A stretch of DNA of 64,000 nucleotides from Octopus sinensis (GCF_006345805.1 NC_043006.1:34100001-34164000), one strand, 5' to 3'; positions 12,907 through 27,465 are shown, counted from the stretch's first letter. Translations and numbers: made by a program. Notes: generated from the sequence alone by a model not told the origin.

Positions 12907-13272
12907 TTGTTACCTCCACCTTAGCGAAAGTGGAGGTATTGTTTCCAGTTGTGTTTGTTTGTCCATGGACAAGATATCTCAAGAACCATTGGATGGATTC
13001 AAATGAAACTTTCAGAGATGTTTGGTCTCATGACTAGCACAAACTGATTAGATTTTGGGATTTATCCGATACTGGACAAGGATTCTGGACTATTTTTCCA
13101 GTTTTTTTACTTAATTTTTGAGAGTGGTTGGGTTCATTTTTAGTATTCCCATTTGTGAGAGCAGTCCAATTTATTTCAGATATTCTCATTTTAAAAATTT
13201 TCTCCATCTAATCATTGAGAGGACATTGGTGTTGCCTTGGCAGATGTTTGCACTCTCTGAGTGCTCTTGGTT
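12907..13272 (+). mobile_element. Non-autonomous Helentron/DINE-1-like element (copy 2)
   Basis: 5' hairpin ACCTCCAC-N10-GTGGAGGT; 3' hairpin GCACTC-TCT-GAGTGC at 13250-13264 followed by a T-run. Confidence 0.6.
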
Positions 13273-13304
13273 TTTTTTTTCTTTTTGAAATCATCATGAT
13301 GCTA

Positions 13305-13620
13305 GAGTAAGAACTGAGCATGAGGTCTGCATTGTCTTGGTAAACCAACAGCAGTGGACTGCAACTCCAAATGAATATAACCTGCCCCTTGGCAAATACA
13401 AAGGGACATGGATGCACCAGTGTTCAAAACACTGGCATGTGATTGCCTTTATCAATAGTATGTGTGATCTACAGGTTATAAAAACAGCAATGTCATAAAT
13501 GGTGATGAATGCTGAACTGATCATCAATTAGTTGGAGCCAAGCTTAGGCCTTCAGGTACATCCTGAGCTTCAGTGCAAAGCAATTACACGAAAAACACTT
13601 GATGAGAGCAAACTCCAATT
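13305..13620 (+). mobile_element. RTE LINE AP-endonuclease C-terminal remnant
   Basis: Translates to KGTWMHQCSKHWHVIAFI and TDHQLVGAKL, resembling the RTE TWMHPRSKHWHLIDY...TDH motifs. Confidence 0.65.
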
Positions 13621-13793
13621 AAAAAAAAGCTCAAAATTTCTTTATCAGCCACTGACAGTTTTGAATCTTTAATTCAGGTGAATATTTGGAAAGATTTCAA
13701 GGAAAAGATACACACACACACAAATGCATGCATGTATGTGTGTGTGTGTGTGTGTGTGCACGTGTGTTTGTGTGTATGTGTGTGTGTGTGCAC

Positions 13794-13827
<34 letters not shown>

Positions 13828-14329
13828 ACACCTATATATGTGATATTCTCTTTATTAAGATTTTCAACACGATCTCATATTTCGTGCAATTACAGTTTGC
13901 AATTTTCAAGTATTCTACTTAAGAAGTGATAATAATCTCTCCTTTTGGATTTGGCTATCACTGCTGCAGTGTTAAGTACTTATTCTCACTGTTCACCACT
14001 AACATAACGAGCATGTGTGTGTGTGTGTGTGTGTACACAAATGTTTTGTGTTTTGTATGGCGATATATACAAATATTTGTTGAGATAAATAATTATATTG
14101 TCGTATTATTTACACAGGGGTCACCTTAACCTCTGTGTAACAATATGCCGCCTGAAATCTATGTATTCCATAGTAGCCAGTGAGGGAAACTGTGGGTCAG
14201 TGATGGTGAACCTATGATTTATAATTAAGCAGAGACATATTGTCTGTTTGCAGATCACACTTGATAAAGTGAGAAACAATTTCCCTACAATATTATCTTA
14301 TGAAAAGCTCTCTGGAATTATTTAGGAAT

Positions 14330-15540
14330 TCACAATTAGTTGAATAAAACTGTTATGAAAATGCTAATTAGGTAATCAAATTCAAGAGCACTTAAATTCT
14401 TGTGTCCTTGACGAGGTTTCTGTTATTACATCATTAGTCTGATTAGTTATCATTGCTGGACATTTCCATGGAGATTATATTCATGTGAAGTTAACTAAGT
14501 TTGGGAGTTCTCCCTACATAAGTGTGTGTGTTGTTAAAGTATTTCATAAAAGACAAATAAGTTTGTTGAAAATTATTTTGGTTATATTTGGTGGTGCCTC
14601 TAAAACAGAAGACGAAAGTCTTGATTTTATAAAACAATTCACAGAATTTATTGCTCACCTCCTTGTTCCTATCTATGAGAAAGAACTGTATACTAAAGTA
14701 GACTTTCAAAACTTCAGTGATGCAATGAGAGTCGTTATAAAGATAGAGTAATAGTTGCTTAGTTCCTTGCATCAACAAGAATTGGATTTGTTTCTAAATG
14801 AAGATCAAGCGGTTTATAATGATTTACTAATGTATGATGGTTGAGTCGTGGCCAAATACTTGAAGAACTTGTTAAATGTTTTTAGATATGAAAATCATGG
14901 AAGATAATTTCCCTTGGTTAAGTGATTTTGCTTGGCTCATTAATCTTACGTTCTTCATAGATTTTTCATTGCATCTAATTGAACTTGATATCTAACTACA
15001 AGGATTTTGTGGAAATTTATTGGTATGATGTATGGCTTGGTCAAAAGTATGGCTTGATCAATAGTAAAGTAAATATATTTCAACATGTTTTAGAAAGTAA
15101 AAGTTTCGAGTGCTTCAGAGCTAAGAAATATTTTTGAAGAAACGAGGAGAATTTTGAACAAAACACAAAACAGTTTATTTAGAGAAATTCTAAGGGTTGT
15201 GACAGAATGGGGTAGTATGGTTTCTGTTTTTTTTTTTTATTTTCAGATTTATGATATTCAGAAAGAATAAAGTGCAATTTAAAAATATCCTAATGTGTTG
15301 ATTAGAGATTTGAAATTAAATGCATTTAACTGGTTGAATTTAAAGAGATCTAGAAACGCAATTAGTTGACTTTCAATCCAATCCTATCTGCGAGCACTTA
15401 GAGAAGATTTAGAAGTTGGATGTTAATGTATACATGTAATTGTGAATAAACACTTAAACTATGAACTTTATAGAATGTGAAATTACATTCCTGAAAACTT
15501 TTGTGCTCTTAATATTCTTGCAAAAACACTCATAACCATT
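14330..15540 (+). mobile_element. hAT (Charlie/SPIN, GTF2IRD2-like) transposase relic
   Basis: FSDAMRVVIKI, YNDLL, LSRGQIL, WLSDFAW and LQG-like segments match hAT catalytic-region motifs; many stops. Confidence 0.65.
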
Positions 15541-16339
15541 TTCTAATTATATATGCATGCATAATGTATGCATCATATATGCACATATTGTGCATGTTTA
15601 TAAAACGTTCTCAACATTAAATAATATAAAAGTGAATGAGAGAAATGGAATGGTAGCTGTTTTGAAAAAGGTTCTGCTACCACTTAGAGGCCTCCCTCTT
15701 TGGCCCAAACCAGTTTTGAGACTGGTTTTATTAGCTGTATTTATTTATATGCAACTTGTAATAGATTTTCTATTTCACCTTTTACTTTGATTATTTATGT
15801 ATACCTTCAAAATAATGAGCTAGTCATATAGTTATCATCATCATCATCAACCACTAGACTTTACTGTCTTGAGTCCCAGGACACATAAGGTCAATGACCT
15901 GGTTTCTAGGGTATATAAAGGATTGAGATGACAACATTCCCCCTGGATAGGACTCCAGTCCATTGCAAGTTTACTCATTTGCAGCTGAGTGGCCTGGAGC
16001 AACATGTTGCTCAAAAACACAGCACATTGCCCTGTCCAGGAATTGAAACCACAGTCTTGCAATCACCCTAACAATTAAGCTATGCACCTTCACTGTAGTT
16101 AGAGCATCAAGAAAATGCAACACTTTGTTTTGGCACTTTGCACTCTGAGTCCAAATCCTACCAAGGTCAACTCTACCATTCCTTGTTTCAAGGCCAGGAA
16201 ATGAAGTACCAGTTTTGTATTGGATCAATGGTCTCGACTAACAAAATCAAGAACCTGATGCTTAAACTGGAACCATTTATGGTTCCAGTCTCAGTATCAC
16301 TATCAATTCATCCTCTGCTCTTGAACACATTGAACCATG

Positions 16340-16720
16340 GGTTCCTGTTGGCTGCAAATTTCCCTACATCTGGTCATTCCCATGTAGGTTATAAATGTTC
16401 TGTACCATGTAAATTTTGGCCTTACCTCTCTCTCGCTTTTTTGTTGTTGTCCATTTGAAAGCTGTTTTTGTTTTTAGAATTGCTTTGTTCTGTTTGCTGG
16501 AATATGTCACCTGCTAGTTTTAATCATTGTTCTGTGATGGTTTCAATAAGCAGTCTTGCATTTGTTCTATTTAGAATGTCTTCATTCGTTATATGGTCTT
16601 GCCACTACATTCCCGGAATCCTTTTCCGAAACAACTTCAGTGGAACACGTTTAATTTTCTGTTTACTCTTAAAAACTTTTGCTTCTATTAGTGAGTTTAA
16701 ACATTTTTTATGGCAAAAAT
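16340..16720 (-). mobile_element. RTE LINE C-terminal remnant
   Basis: WQDHITNEDIL, LKLAGD, RGRPKFTW. Confidence 0.65.
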
Positions 16721-16737
16721 TAATATTATTATTATTA

Positions 16738-16903
16738 CCGTATTTTAACATGTATAAGGAACCCTTTTTTTGCCAAAAATTAGGTTTAAAAAAATATGGG
16801 AGTTTCTTATACATGGATAGTATAATAATCCCTTACAAAACCTTTTTTTTCCAAATTTTAAGCCCCCAAAATTAGGGGGTTCCTTATACATGTTAAAATA
16901 TGA
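16738..16903. mobile_element. pogo/Tigger-type MITE with TA target duplication
   Basis: TIRs CCGTATTTTAACATGTATAAGGAACCC and GGGTTCCTTATACATGTTAAAATATGA, each flanked by TA. Confidence 0.8.
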
Positions 16904-16984
16904 TAATTTGATTCAGGTTCGTTCTTATTCTTGGTAGAATTTATATGGGTTGCAGGTTACAACCTGTAACCTTAAGTATCTAGG

Positions 16985-17195
16985 AGCTTTCAATAGTCTT
17001 TCAAGTGCTTCAGACCCTCCTGATAATCTTCAGACCCTCCAGATAATCTTCCCTATCCCTAAGAGGCAAACTTTCTTCAAAAGCTCTACAGGACTTTCTG
17101 TTCCAATCTCCATCAACCATTTGTCTATATCTTTGCTTACAGATCCCAATGCCCCAATTATTACAGACTCAACAGTCTTTACAGTTTTCATATCG
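16985..17195 (-). mobile_element. 3' fragment of a REL-endonuclease (R4/NeSL-like) LINE
   Basis: VIIGALGSVSKDIDKWL...LLKKVCLLGIGKII; parallels VVIGALG in the 35 kb element. Confidence 0.7.
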
Positions 17196-18949
17196 TTGTT
17201 GTTGTTATCTATAGTGTGAAAAACTGAGTTATTTTTGTAATGACTTTAGGTTTTGTCCTAGTAGAATGGTGGAGTCCAACTTGTAATAAGAAAAGTTCCT
17301 GAAGATATTCAATGATATGTCGCTTGTACAATTTTGCTTTTCATAAAACATAAAGACATTCCAGTTGCTAGTGGTGGTCTCTTCTTCTTACTCTTGTTTA
17401 TTTTGTTTCCTCCAAAAGAATTACATAACGAAACAGACAGACCTATCTACAACTGAACAAATAAACTTCCTCTGCAAGTAGCAGGTTGCTGTTACTGTTA
17501 TTGCTGCTACTACTACTGCTGCTGCTGCATATACTGTAATTTCTAAATTACATATCAAAAAATTAATGACTGTACAGCAATGAAAACAACAACAACAAAA
17601 GTAGGAGAAAAAATTCATAACTAAAAGCCTTAATAGTTGCCGATGTTTTAATATGTAACAACATTCATTACACTATCATTCTGATCATCATCATCAACAT
17701 CATCAGCAACAATAGCAACAGGTTCACCACTATCATCATCATCATCGTCATCATTGTCATCGTCGTCATCATCGTCATCATCATCATCATCACCCAAGCC
17801 CACTTTTACTTCCCTGCCATCACTGCTTTATCAGTAACAACAGAAACAAAACTAAGAGTCTGTAATTTTTCTCATGAAATGACTCCAAGGAGTCATTCTT
17901 TAGCATAAACCTACCAATACAACCTTCCTGCATGTCTACAAAATACACACACATTACAACAGATCTTCAGAGCTACTTTCTTCCTTGAACAGAGAATCAC
18001 AAAAATTTACATCTATCCACATCATCATCACCATTTAACATCTGATTTCCATGCTGGCATGGATTGGATGGTTTGATTGAAAACTGGTAAGCCAGGTTCT
18101 GATCTGATTTAGCAAAGTTTCTATAGCTGGATGCCCTTCCTAACATCAACCACTCTGAAAGTTTAGTGGGTGATTTTTACGTGCCACTGGCATGGCTTCC
18201 ATTGACCCGACACCAGCATCGGCAACGACTATGGTCTCACTCAGCTTGACAGGTCCATACAAGTACGTTATATTCTTTTCTTTTTTACTCTAGGCACAAG
18301 GCCAGAAACTTTTGGGGAGGGGGCCAGTCAATTAGATCAACCCCAGTACTCAACTGGTACTTAATTTATCGACCTTGAAAGGATGAAAGGTAAAGTTGAC
18401 CTCAGTGGAATTTGAACTCAGAAACTAAAGACAGACAAAATACCACTAAACATTTCACCCGGTGTGCTAACATTTCTGCCAGCTTCACAGCACAATATAT
18501 CGCCAAAGGTCTTGGTCACCTGTCACTACCTCCTTGAGGCCCAACACTTGAATGATGTTTTTCATGTGCCACTGGCATGGGTGCCAGTCAGATGGCACTG
18601 ACATTAGCCATGACTACTATTTCACTCAGTTCAACAGGTCTTCACAAGCACAGCATATTGCCCAATGATTGAAGGGTGCTTTTGCTCATAACCTCTAAAA
18701 ATAATAGACATCACAGTTACCCCCAGTAAAACAATTTTTTTAATATATCAGTGTTTTTCTTTGTAAAATTTTAACATTAAAATTGAAGAATTACTCAATG
18801 CTTTTTTTTAGTAAAGTACATGTTTAACAAACTTTGACCAGAAGGGACAGACATTGACTTCAAAATTTTGGTTTGCTAGCTTTCATCCAACAGTCAAACT
18901 TATATATATATTATTGAATTGCTGATTCAAATGAAATGGTATAATGATT

Positions 18950-19300
18950 AACCAATGCTCATGTAAATCTATGAATATCCAAATTCCAACCATGTATTAA
19001 ATAAAATTTGTCCTGATTTTCTTTTGTTAAATGCATAAGAATAATCAGAGCAGAATCAAATAGATTTACTTTATCTATTTTATCATAACATCATGAATTA
19101 TATAATCTTTACATGTATTTCACTAATGTATTCAAATATGTTGTGCATTACATATATGATTGCATAATCACAATGAAATACCAGGTCTTCAGAAGAAAAT
19201 AGTAATTTAATCCATTATTATTTATCAATATCAGTTGATAGACAAGGTAGAATTGTCTATAAACTTATTAGAACATTCCCTATACTGCAGTTAAGTAAAG
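18950..19300 (-). mobile_element. Possible highly degraded Penelope-like GIY-YIG remnant
   Basis: AIIYVM...EYISEI resembles the IY...C...YIGET signature; weak. Confidence 0.3.
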
Positions 19301-19558
19301 GCAGGGTATTATGTTATCAATGAAATAAACATAGAAAGAAAGAATAACTGTTGTCAGGATGTCTAAGGGGGGAAAACAAAAAGGAAAGATCAATAACTGA
19401 AGTTGTCACAGATCGAAGACAACAATAAGATAACAATGGTAAATGGTTTAGATGGCAATAGTGTTGAGAGCGGGCTGGAATTTGATTAGTGATAAACTGC
19501 CATACTCACTTATACACACTCAAGCATATCGTATATGTGTGTGTATATATATATATGT

Positions 19559-19604
<46 letters not shown>

Positions 19605-21404
19605 AGAGTTAAGGAATGGAGATAGATAAAATCCAGGCTACATATGTTTCATCGTGAACAGAACCTCAGAAGTGGTAAATATCCAAGTCAAGATATCTTG
19701 ATTAAATGAAAGTTTACATTGTTGCAAGAAGGTACATGTTAACACATGGAAGATTTAATCAGAATATACATGTAACTTTTTATTTATTTAACACATACAC
19801 CCACCCACACACACACATGTTTAAGTATAGACATATATTCTGTAGATATTCAAGGATAACAACAGAAATAATAGTCATAAAAGAATAGTAAATTTGTTGA
19901 TTATGTCTGACTGATGCTCCGTCGGTTATGATAATGAGGGTTCCAGTTGATCCGATCAATGGAACAGTCTGCTCTTGAAATTAACATACAAGTGACTGAG
20001 CACTCCACAGACACATGTACCCTTAATGTAGTTCTATAGTGTGACACAGAATGTGACCAGGTTGGCCCCTTAAAACACGGGTTCTGCTCATTTTTGCCAG
20101 CTGATTGGAGTGGGGGAACATGAAAGAAAGGCCAAATCACACTGCTGGGAATTGAACTGGTGAACCTACAATCATACCGTAACCACTTTGCCTCTAAATA
20201 TTATTTAAATATTATTTAAAGACATTCGTTCTAGTTGCCCTTTAATGGTGTAAAATTAAATTCTGGAAAAGTTTAGAATGTCAAAACCTGTATTTATAAA
20301 GCAAAAAAATTAAGCAAATTCATAAAAGAAAACTATAAAAAAAATAAGCAAAAGTGTTTGGGAGATTGTTTTATATCTTACCTTAATTCTTTGACTACAT
20401 GGAGGTTCAGAACTGGCTCTCACTATCTCTGAAAAATCAGGCTTTCTGTTGTCCTCTGGTGAAATCTATTGTAACAAGAAGAAAACAAAGATGTGATTAT
20501 ATAGAATACAGTTCTTCATAGAATGGTTAGTTGTGAGTGGTATGGCATGATTATATAGAATATACAGGCATTGCTTTCTGGTAAAATATTGTGTGTGTGT
20601 GTGTGTGTGTTGCTGTTTCCTTGCCTTGACATCACATAAGTTGTAAGCAACTGTCACTATCTTCAAGCGGTTCCTGTCTCATACAGTCTTCTGAGACATG
20701 TCTGGTCATGAGGAAATATTACTTTCCTTGGAAACTAGTGAGAATTGGTGACAGGAAGGGCATCTGACCTAAGAAAATCCATCTCAACAAATTCCATCCA
20801 ATTCATGCAAGCATGGAAAAGTGGATACTAGATAATGATGATGATGATTTGTTGGTAGGATGGTTAGTAGTCAGTGCTAGCATATTGAATGGTAAAAACA
20901 ATTGTTCCAATGTAACCATTTCGCTTGCAGCAGTCAATTGGTAGCGAGTGAAATTTGGTAGCGTATACCTTAGTTTTGCTACTTGTGTCACATACCTAAT
21001 TAGTTGCAGAGCAGACACAGATGTTCTTGTGACCCTCCTGCCCTTGGCCCAGCAGAACTCATTCTCATCTGAGTACACTGGATCAACATGAAGGGAAGAA
21101 CCTTGCTCAAGGATTTGATCACTGCCTGATACAACAATCAACCCCATAACATTATGATTGAGCCACGCAGTGCCCTAACCAAAAAGCTAGATATCTGAAA
21201 ACCACTCTTCCAATGCATGTATGAAAAGAAACATAAGTACAAACTACACACACCAGTTATTAGCTTTTTGGACATTACATCCTTCAAAACTTCCATACTG
21301 TCTAAAACTCACCAACATGACACCTGATGATCCACCCCCACCTCTGTTTTTATTTTAATGGCTCATTCACTGTTCACTTCCTGTGCATTATTTTATGTAC
21401 ACTT

Positions 21405-21795
21405 TTTACTCTTTTACTTGTTTCAGTCATTTGACTGCGGCCATGCTGAAGCACTGCCTTTAGGCGAGCAAATCGACCCCAGGACTTATTCTTTGTGACC
21501 CTAGTACTTATTCTATCGGACTCTTTTGCTGAACCACCAAGTTACGGTGATGTAAACACACCTGCATCGGTTGTCAAGCGATGTTGGGGGGGACAAACAC
21601 AGACATACAAACACACACATACATATATGTACAATGGGCTTCTTTCAGTTTCTGTCTACCAAATCCACTGACAAGGCTTTGGTCGGCCCAAGGCTATAGT
21701 AGAAAACACTTGCCCAAGGTGCCATGCAGTGGGACTGAACCCGGAATCATGTGGTTGGTAAGCAAGCTACTTACCACACAGCCACTCCTGCGCCT
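21405..21795 (-). mobile_element. Full-length tRNA-derived SINE (family A)
   Basis: Head AGGCGCAGGAGTGGCTGTGTGGTAAG...CCGGGTTCAGTCC, central microsatellite, tail ...GACTGAAACAAGTAAAAGAGTAAAAAG. Confidence 0.85.
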
Positions 21796-24700
21796 GTTCA
21801 TACATTTTTGACTAGTTTTTCTGATGCGCTGTGGTGCATTTGAGCACTGTAACCGATAAGTCCATTATTCTTACATAAACCAATGATAGAGTTTCTATGC
21901 AGTTGGTTGATATACTAGAAATAGCTGCCAAATCCCTTCAAATAACTAGCTACCATCTTAAAAAGAGAAGTCACATTGAACAATACTCCAAATGTACAAA
22001 AAGCTGGGATGGTCACAGCTGGAATGTCTTTGAACATAGGCCAACACTACATGGATTTATAGCAGTGAAAAAAATAAAGAATGAAAAACAAAGAAACAAC
22101 AAATCCTTGAATAACAGAAGGTTTTGTCTTCATGTTCTTTTGTATTAAGGGCAAGTCAGCTTACTGGAGGGATTATCTTAATACATGGGATTATCTTATT
22201 ACAAGGATTATCTTTCTCTTGTGTCTTCAATGATATTGGAACAGAAGGGTTAGATACAAGAGTAGACACAGGCTTGGTTGTGTGGTAAGAAGCATGTGGT
22301 CCTGAGTTCAGTTCTACTCGACTCCACTTTGGGCAAGTGTCTTCTACTATAGCCTTGGAGGTGAGTGAATTCGGGAAACTGTGTAGAAGCCTATCGTGTG
22401 TGTGTGTGTGTTTGTGCATATCTGGGCACCCCCATACAATCTGTGGTTTGCAACCAGTGTGAGTTTATTTATAGAAAATGTATTAGATTCTGAAGATGGA
22501 TATTGGTGTTGATTTGTTTGACTAAAACCCTTCAGGAGAGTGCTCCAGCATGGCTGAAGTTGTCCAAAGACTGAAATAAGTAAAAGCTAAAAGATATGAA
22601 TGTTTCATGCAGGATTTTAGATTTGAACCTACATCATAGACTCAGACTGATAGGAGCTTAACCTTCCCTTATTCTGTGATTTAAGAGGTTAGATGTTAAC
22701 ATGATGTATGTAGACAATCATTAGTTAATTATTATTATTATTATAAGGGTAGCAAGTTGGTAAAATCGTTTGTATGTGTTAATGCATGGAGGAAGTGTGT
22801 TTGTGCGTTGTTTTCTTGTTTGGAGATTAGGATTGTTGATTGTTGTAAATGTGCATCGCAATTATAGAAGCAATGTTCTTTATTTCTAACTTTCTATGAA
22901 AACGTGATCTGGACCTTGGAAGATATGCTTGGAAACAGGTGAAGATTGGTGACAGGAGAGGCATCCAACTGTAGAAAGAAAATCTGTTCAGTTGCACTGC
23001 ATGGCACCTTGGGCAAGTATTTTCATGTATAGTTGAGCCGAGTGGGTTTGGTAGACAGAAACTGAAAGAAGCCTGCTGTGTGTGTGAGTGCGCGTGTGCA
23101 TGTGCGAGTGTGTGCATGCATGTGTGTGTTACTGTCATGTTAATTGACATCTTTCTGTCTGGCACCTTACAAGCATAGAAAAGTGAATGTTAAAATAATG
23201 ATGATGACTGATGATGGTGGCTGTGCTGATGAGAGTGATGAGGACAATAGGGGGGGATGATGCTGATGACAATGACAGTCATGGTAGTAACAATGATGAC
23301 AACTCACAGCCACAACATGCATTTACCGTTCTATCCAATCTTCACTCTGCTATTCACATCTTTTCTATTTAATGCTTGAGATGACTCTATACAATTGTTA
23401 CATTTGTTTTGATAGAAATATATTTTAGAATCAGATTGGTTTCAAATTTTGTTTGCCACAAGGCCTGGAATTTCAGGGAAGAGGTTAAGTTAATTAGATC
23501 AACCCCTGTGCTCAGCTGGTACTTATTTCATTGGCCCTGAAAGGATGAATGACAAAGTCTACCTCGGCAGAATTTGAACTCAGAACCTAAAAATGAACAA
23601 CTTGCCACTTGGCATCTAACGGATCTGCCATTTCACTGCCTTGATGATGATGATAATCCTTTCTTCTATAGGCACAAGGCCTGAAGTTTTTTTGGTTTTT
23701 TTTTTTTGGTGGTGGTGGTGGTGGTGGCGGCTGGTTGATTACATTGACCCCAGTACATAACTGGTACTTATTTTATTGGCCCTGAAAGAATAAAAGGCCA
23801 AGTCTACCTCGGCGGAATTTGAACTCAGAATGTAAAGACAGATGAAATGCCTCTAAGTGTTTCCTCCAGCCTCCTAACAATTCCATCAGTTTGCTTTTCA
23901 TATCTTAGAAACACATTAAAACAAGTTTTTGCAGAAGTATCTTTATCTTAACAAAGAGATTAACAAATCCCAAATGATCTTTTGTTCATTTTATTAGATT
24001 TATTTCTTTAATTTATTTATTTAAAACGGTAAGCAGTCAGAAGATACCTTGTGTTTGCAATGGAGCATGGAGCAATCACTGCTCTCCCTTTTTTGTTAGA
24101 ATGAGCTGATGGAGCAAGCTGAATAGGAAACATGACTTGGCCAAGCATTTAATAGACATTTTCATATGGATTTGTTTTATGTGAATACTCTCTCTGGTTT
24201 TAAATACTCTGACTTATCTTCTATCTCTAACTTGTTTTAGTCATTAGACTATGGCCATGCTGGAGCACTGCCTTGAAGAAATTTTAGTCAAATGAACCAA
24301 CCCCAAGCCTGGTACTTATTCTATCAGTCTCTTTTACTGAACCACTATACTACACTGGTTGTTAAGCAGTGGTGGGGAGCAGAGACAAACGCACCAACAT
24401 ACACATATACACGATGAACTTCTTTCAGTTTCTGTCTACAAAATTGACTCACAAAGCTTTATTTGGCCCAAGACTATAGTAGAAGAGACTTGTCCTAGGT
24501 GCCATGCAGTGGGACTGAACCTGGAATCATGGAGTTGAGAAGCAAATTGCTTGAGAATTTTATAGAATTACACTTCACATTCGATTGATCTAACAAAATG
24601 TGTTTCATTTAATTCTTACATGTGTAATCCTTTATATTTGCGTGTGTGTATGTACCAGTTACCTCCTCCCATCCATAGAACCACTTTCATCTCTTATTCT

Positions 24701-26102
24701 CGTTATCCCTCCCTTCCTCTTCCACACTTCCTTTCTATACCTCAGTTCTCTCTCTCTCTCTCTCTCCTGCCCTACTCCATTTCAACACCTCACACATCTA
24801 TTATCCTTTTCTTTAACCTCATACATCCAACTTACTATAGCCACCCTTATCAACTCTTATCAACAACACACAGCTTGTCAGATTCTGCCTAACCATCCAT
24901 GCCAGCATGGAAAGCAGGCATTAAATGTTGATGATCATGATTTTATATAAATATATAATAAAGAACCCCCATCCCTGCCTCTTTAGTCATGAATGACCAT
25001 GGGATCACACCGAGAAAGTTACCCTCCGAGGCACAAGTCTGGGCAAGGTTGTTTATGGAAGACCAGCAGTCGCCCATGCATACTAGCTCCCTCTCTCCAC
25101 ACCACTGATGTTATCCAAGTGAAAGGCGAAGGGGCTGATATAGCTTGGCACCAGCTGAGTGAACTGGAGTAATGTGAAATAAAGTGTCTTGCTCAAGAAC
25201 ACAACACACACCCACATCCTGGAATCGAACTCACTATCTCATGGTTGTGAGCCCGACACTCACACCACTAAACCATATTATATATATATCTCATCATCAT
25301 TTAATGGAAAGTAATGATATATATATATGTGTGTGTGTGTGTGTCTGGCTGGCACCCATGTGAGTAGCATTTAAAAAGCACCATTCAAGTGTTGGGTCTT
25401 ATGGAGGTGGTGACAGGTAACTGAGATCTTTGGCAATAGACTGTGCTTGTGTAGACCTGTCAAGCCAAGTGAGACCATAATTGTAGCTGATGCAAGTGTC
25501 AGGTCAATGGCAACCATGCCGCTGGCACATAGAAACACCCACTACATTCTCAGAGTGATTGGTATTAGGAAGGACATTCAGATGTACAAACCTTGCCAAA
25601 TCAAACTGGAACCTGCTGCAGCTCTCCGGCTTACCAGTTTTTAGTCAAACCGTCCAACCCATGCAGGGAAAACAGACATTGAATGATGATGATGAGGAAA
25701 AATTTAATTCTTAATATATGGATTAAAGTCCTCAAAAAGAAAGCTTCTTAATTTATTATTCAACAAATCACATAGAATAAATAGTATGAGATAAAATATG
25801 AACATTTGATGGTAAAATAAATTTCATCATAGTATATTTCTCTCGTTATTTACAATTACACACACACACACACATACATTCATAGATATATGTATCTATA
25901 AATATAAAGTTTCCCCTCTCCCACTAAAAGAAGAAAGGAGACAGAAGCTAAAAGAACTTAGCATCCTGATGATGATTCTGAGATAACCTAAAAACGAGGA
26001 TGATGAAGAGTAAGTTGGCAAGTTTCTCGTTTTAAATGAGTTATAGAATTTTGTTACACATATGTGAGAAAACGTTCATAAAAGGGATGAAGTTTTGAAT
26101 GG

Positions 26103-26134
<32 letters not shown>

Positions 26135-26139
26135 ATATA

Positions 26140-26300
26140 GGCGCAGGAGTGGCCGTGTAGTAAGTTGCTTGCTTACCAACCACATGGTTCCAGGTTCAGT
26201 CCCACTGCATGGCACCTTGGGCAAGTGTTTTCTGCTATAGACTCAGGCAGACCAAAGACATGTGAGTGGATTTGATAAACAGAAACTGAAAGAAGCCCAT
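26140..26300 (+). mobile_element. tRNA-derived SINE (family A), 5' half
   Basis: GGCGCAGGAGTGGCCGTGTAGTAAG...CCAGGTTCAGTCCCACTG. Confidence 0.8.
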
Positions 26301-26301
26301 T

Positions 26302-26351
<50 letters not shown>

Positions 26352-27132
26352 AGATCTGTCTGAATGGTTCCAATGCTGGTGGCACATAAAAAGTACCGTC
26401 CAAATGTGGCCGATGCCAGTACCCCCAGACTGGCCCCAGTGCTGGTGGCACGTAAAGAGTACCCGCTACATCTTGGAGTGGTTGACATTAGGAAAAGCAT
26501 CCAGCTGTAGAAACATTGCCAGATCAGATTAGAGCCTGGTGCAGCCGCTGGCTTTCCAGACCTCAGTCAGACCGTCCAACCCATGCCAGCATGGAAAACA
26601 GACGTTAAATCATGATGTTATATGCACACATGAAACACATTTATATAAATCATCATCGTTTATGTATAACTAAATATATGTATGATATATATATCATACA
26701 CACACGTCTTTGAGTATCTATGTATATAAGAGAAATCTCTTCTCTTTCACCGCACGACTTTGTCTTATTTTACAAATTGTTTTCCTTAATCAAGTTTCTA
26801 TCATATTTCCGTTGCTGAAAGATTTAGGAACTTTACTTTTCCAAACAAACTGCAAAGAATTTTTACAAAAATACAGAAAATAACGAAATAAAAATCTCAT
26901 CACAAAATAAGATAAAGCTGCAATATGATTATGTATTCAGCATTGAAAAGCCATTATTGGTGAAACTTTGATGCTGTAGTTGCTATCGGATTCTGTAGAA
27001 TAAAATATTTAGACTCTACTCAGATATGGAGTCTATTTTTTTTTCTTTCCAAGATACAGTTCTTTGTTGTTTTAATCTTCTTTAAAAATACCAACACCAA
27101 GTATATATATATATGTGTGTGTGTTGTGTGTG

Positions 27133-27465
27133 TGAAGGCACATGGTTCAGTGGTTAGAGTGTCGAGCTTACGATTGTGAGGTTGTGAGTTCGATTCCCAG
27201 ACCGGGCTGCATGTTGTGTTCTGGAACAAGACACTTTATTTCATGTTGCTCCAGTTAACTCAGGTGTAGAAATGAGTTGCGACATCACTGGTGCCAAGCT
27301 GTATCTGCCTTTACCTTTCCCTTGAATAATATCAGTGGCGTGGAGAGGGGAAGCTGGTATGTATGGGTGACTGATGGCCTTCCATAAACAACCTTGCCCG
27401 GACTTGTGCCTTGGAGGGTAACTTTCTAGTTGCAATCCCATGGTTAGTCATGACTAAAGAAGGTC
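27133..27465 (+). mobile_element. tRNA-derived SINE
   Basis: A-box TGGTTCAGTGG, B-box GAGTTCGATTCC; homologous to an inverted copy at about 24965-25275. Confidence 0.8.
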
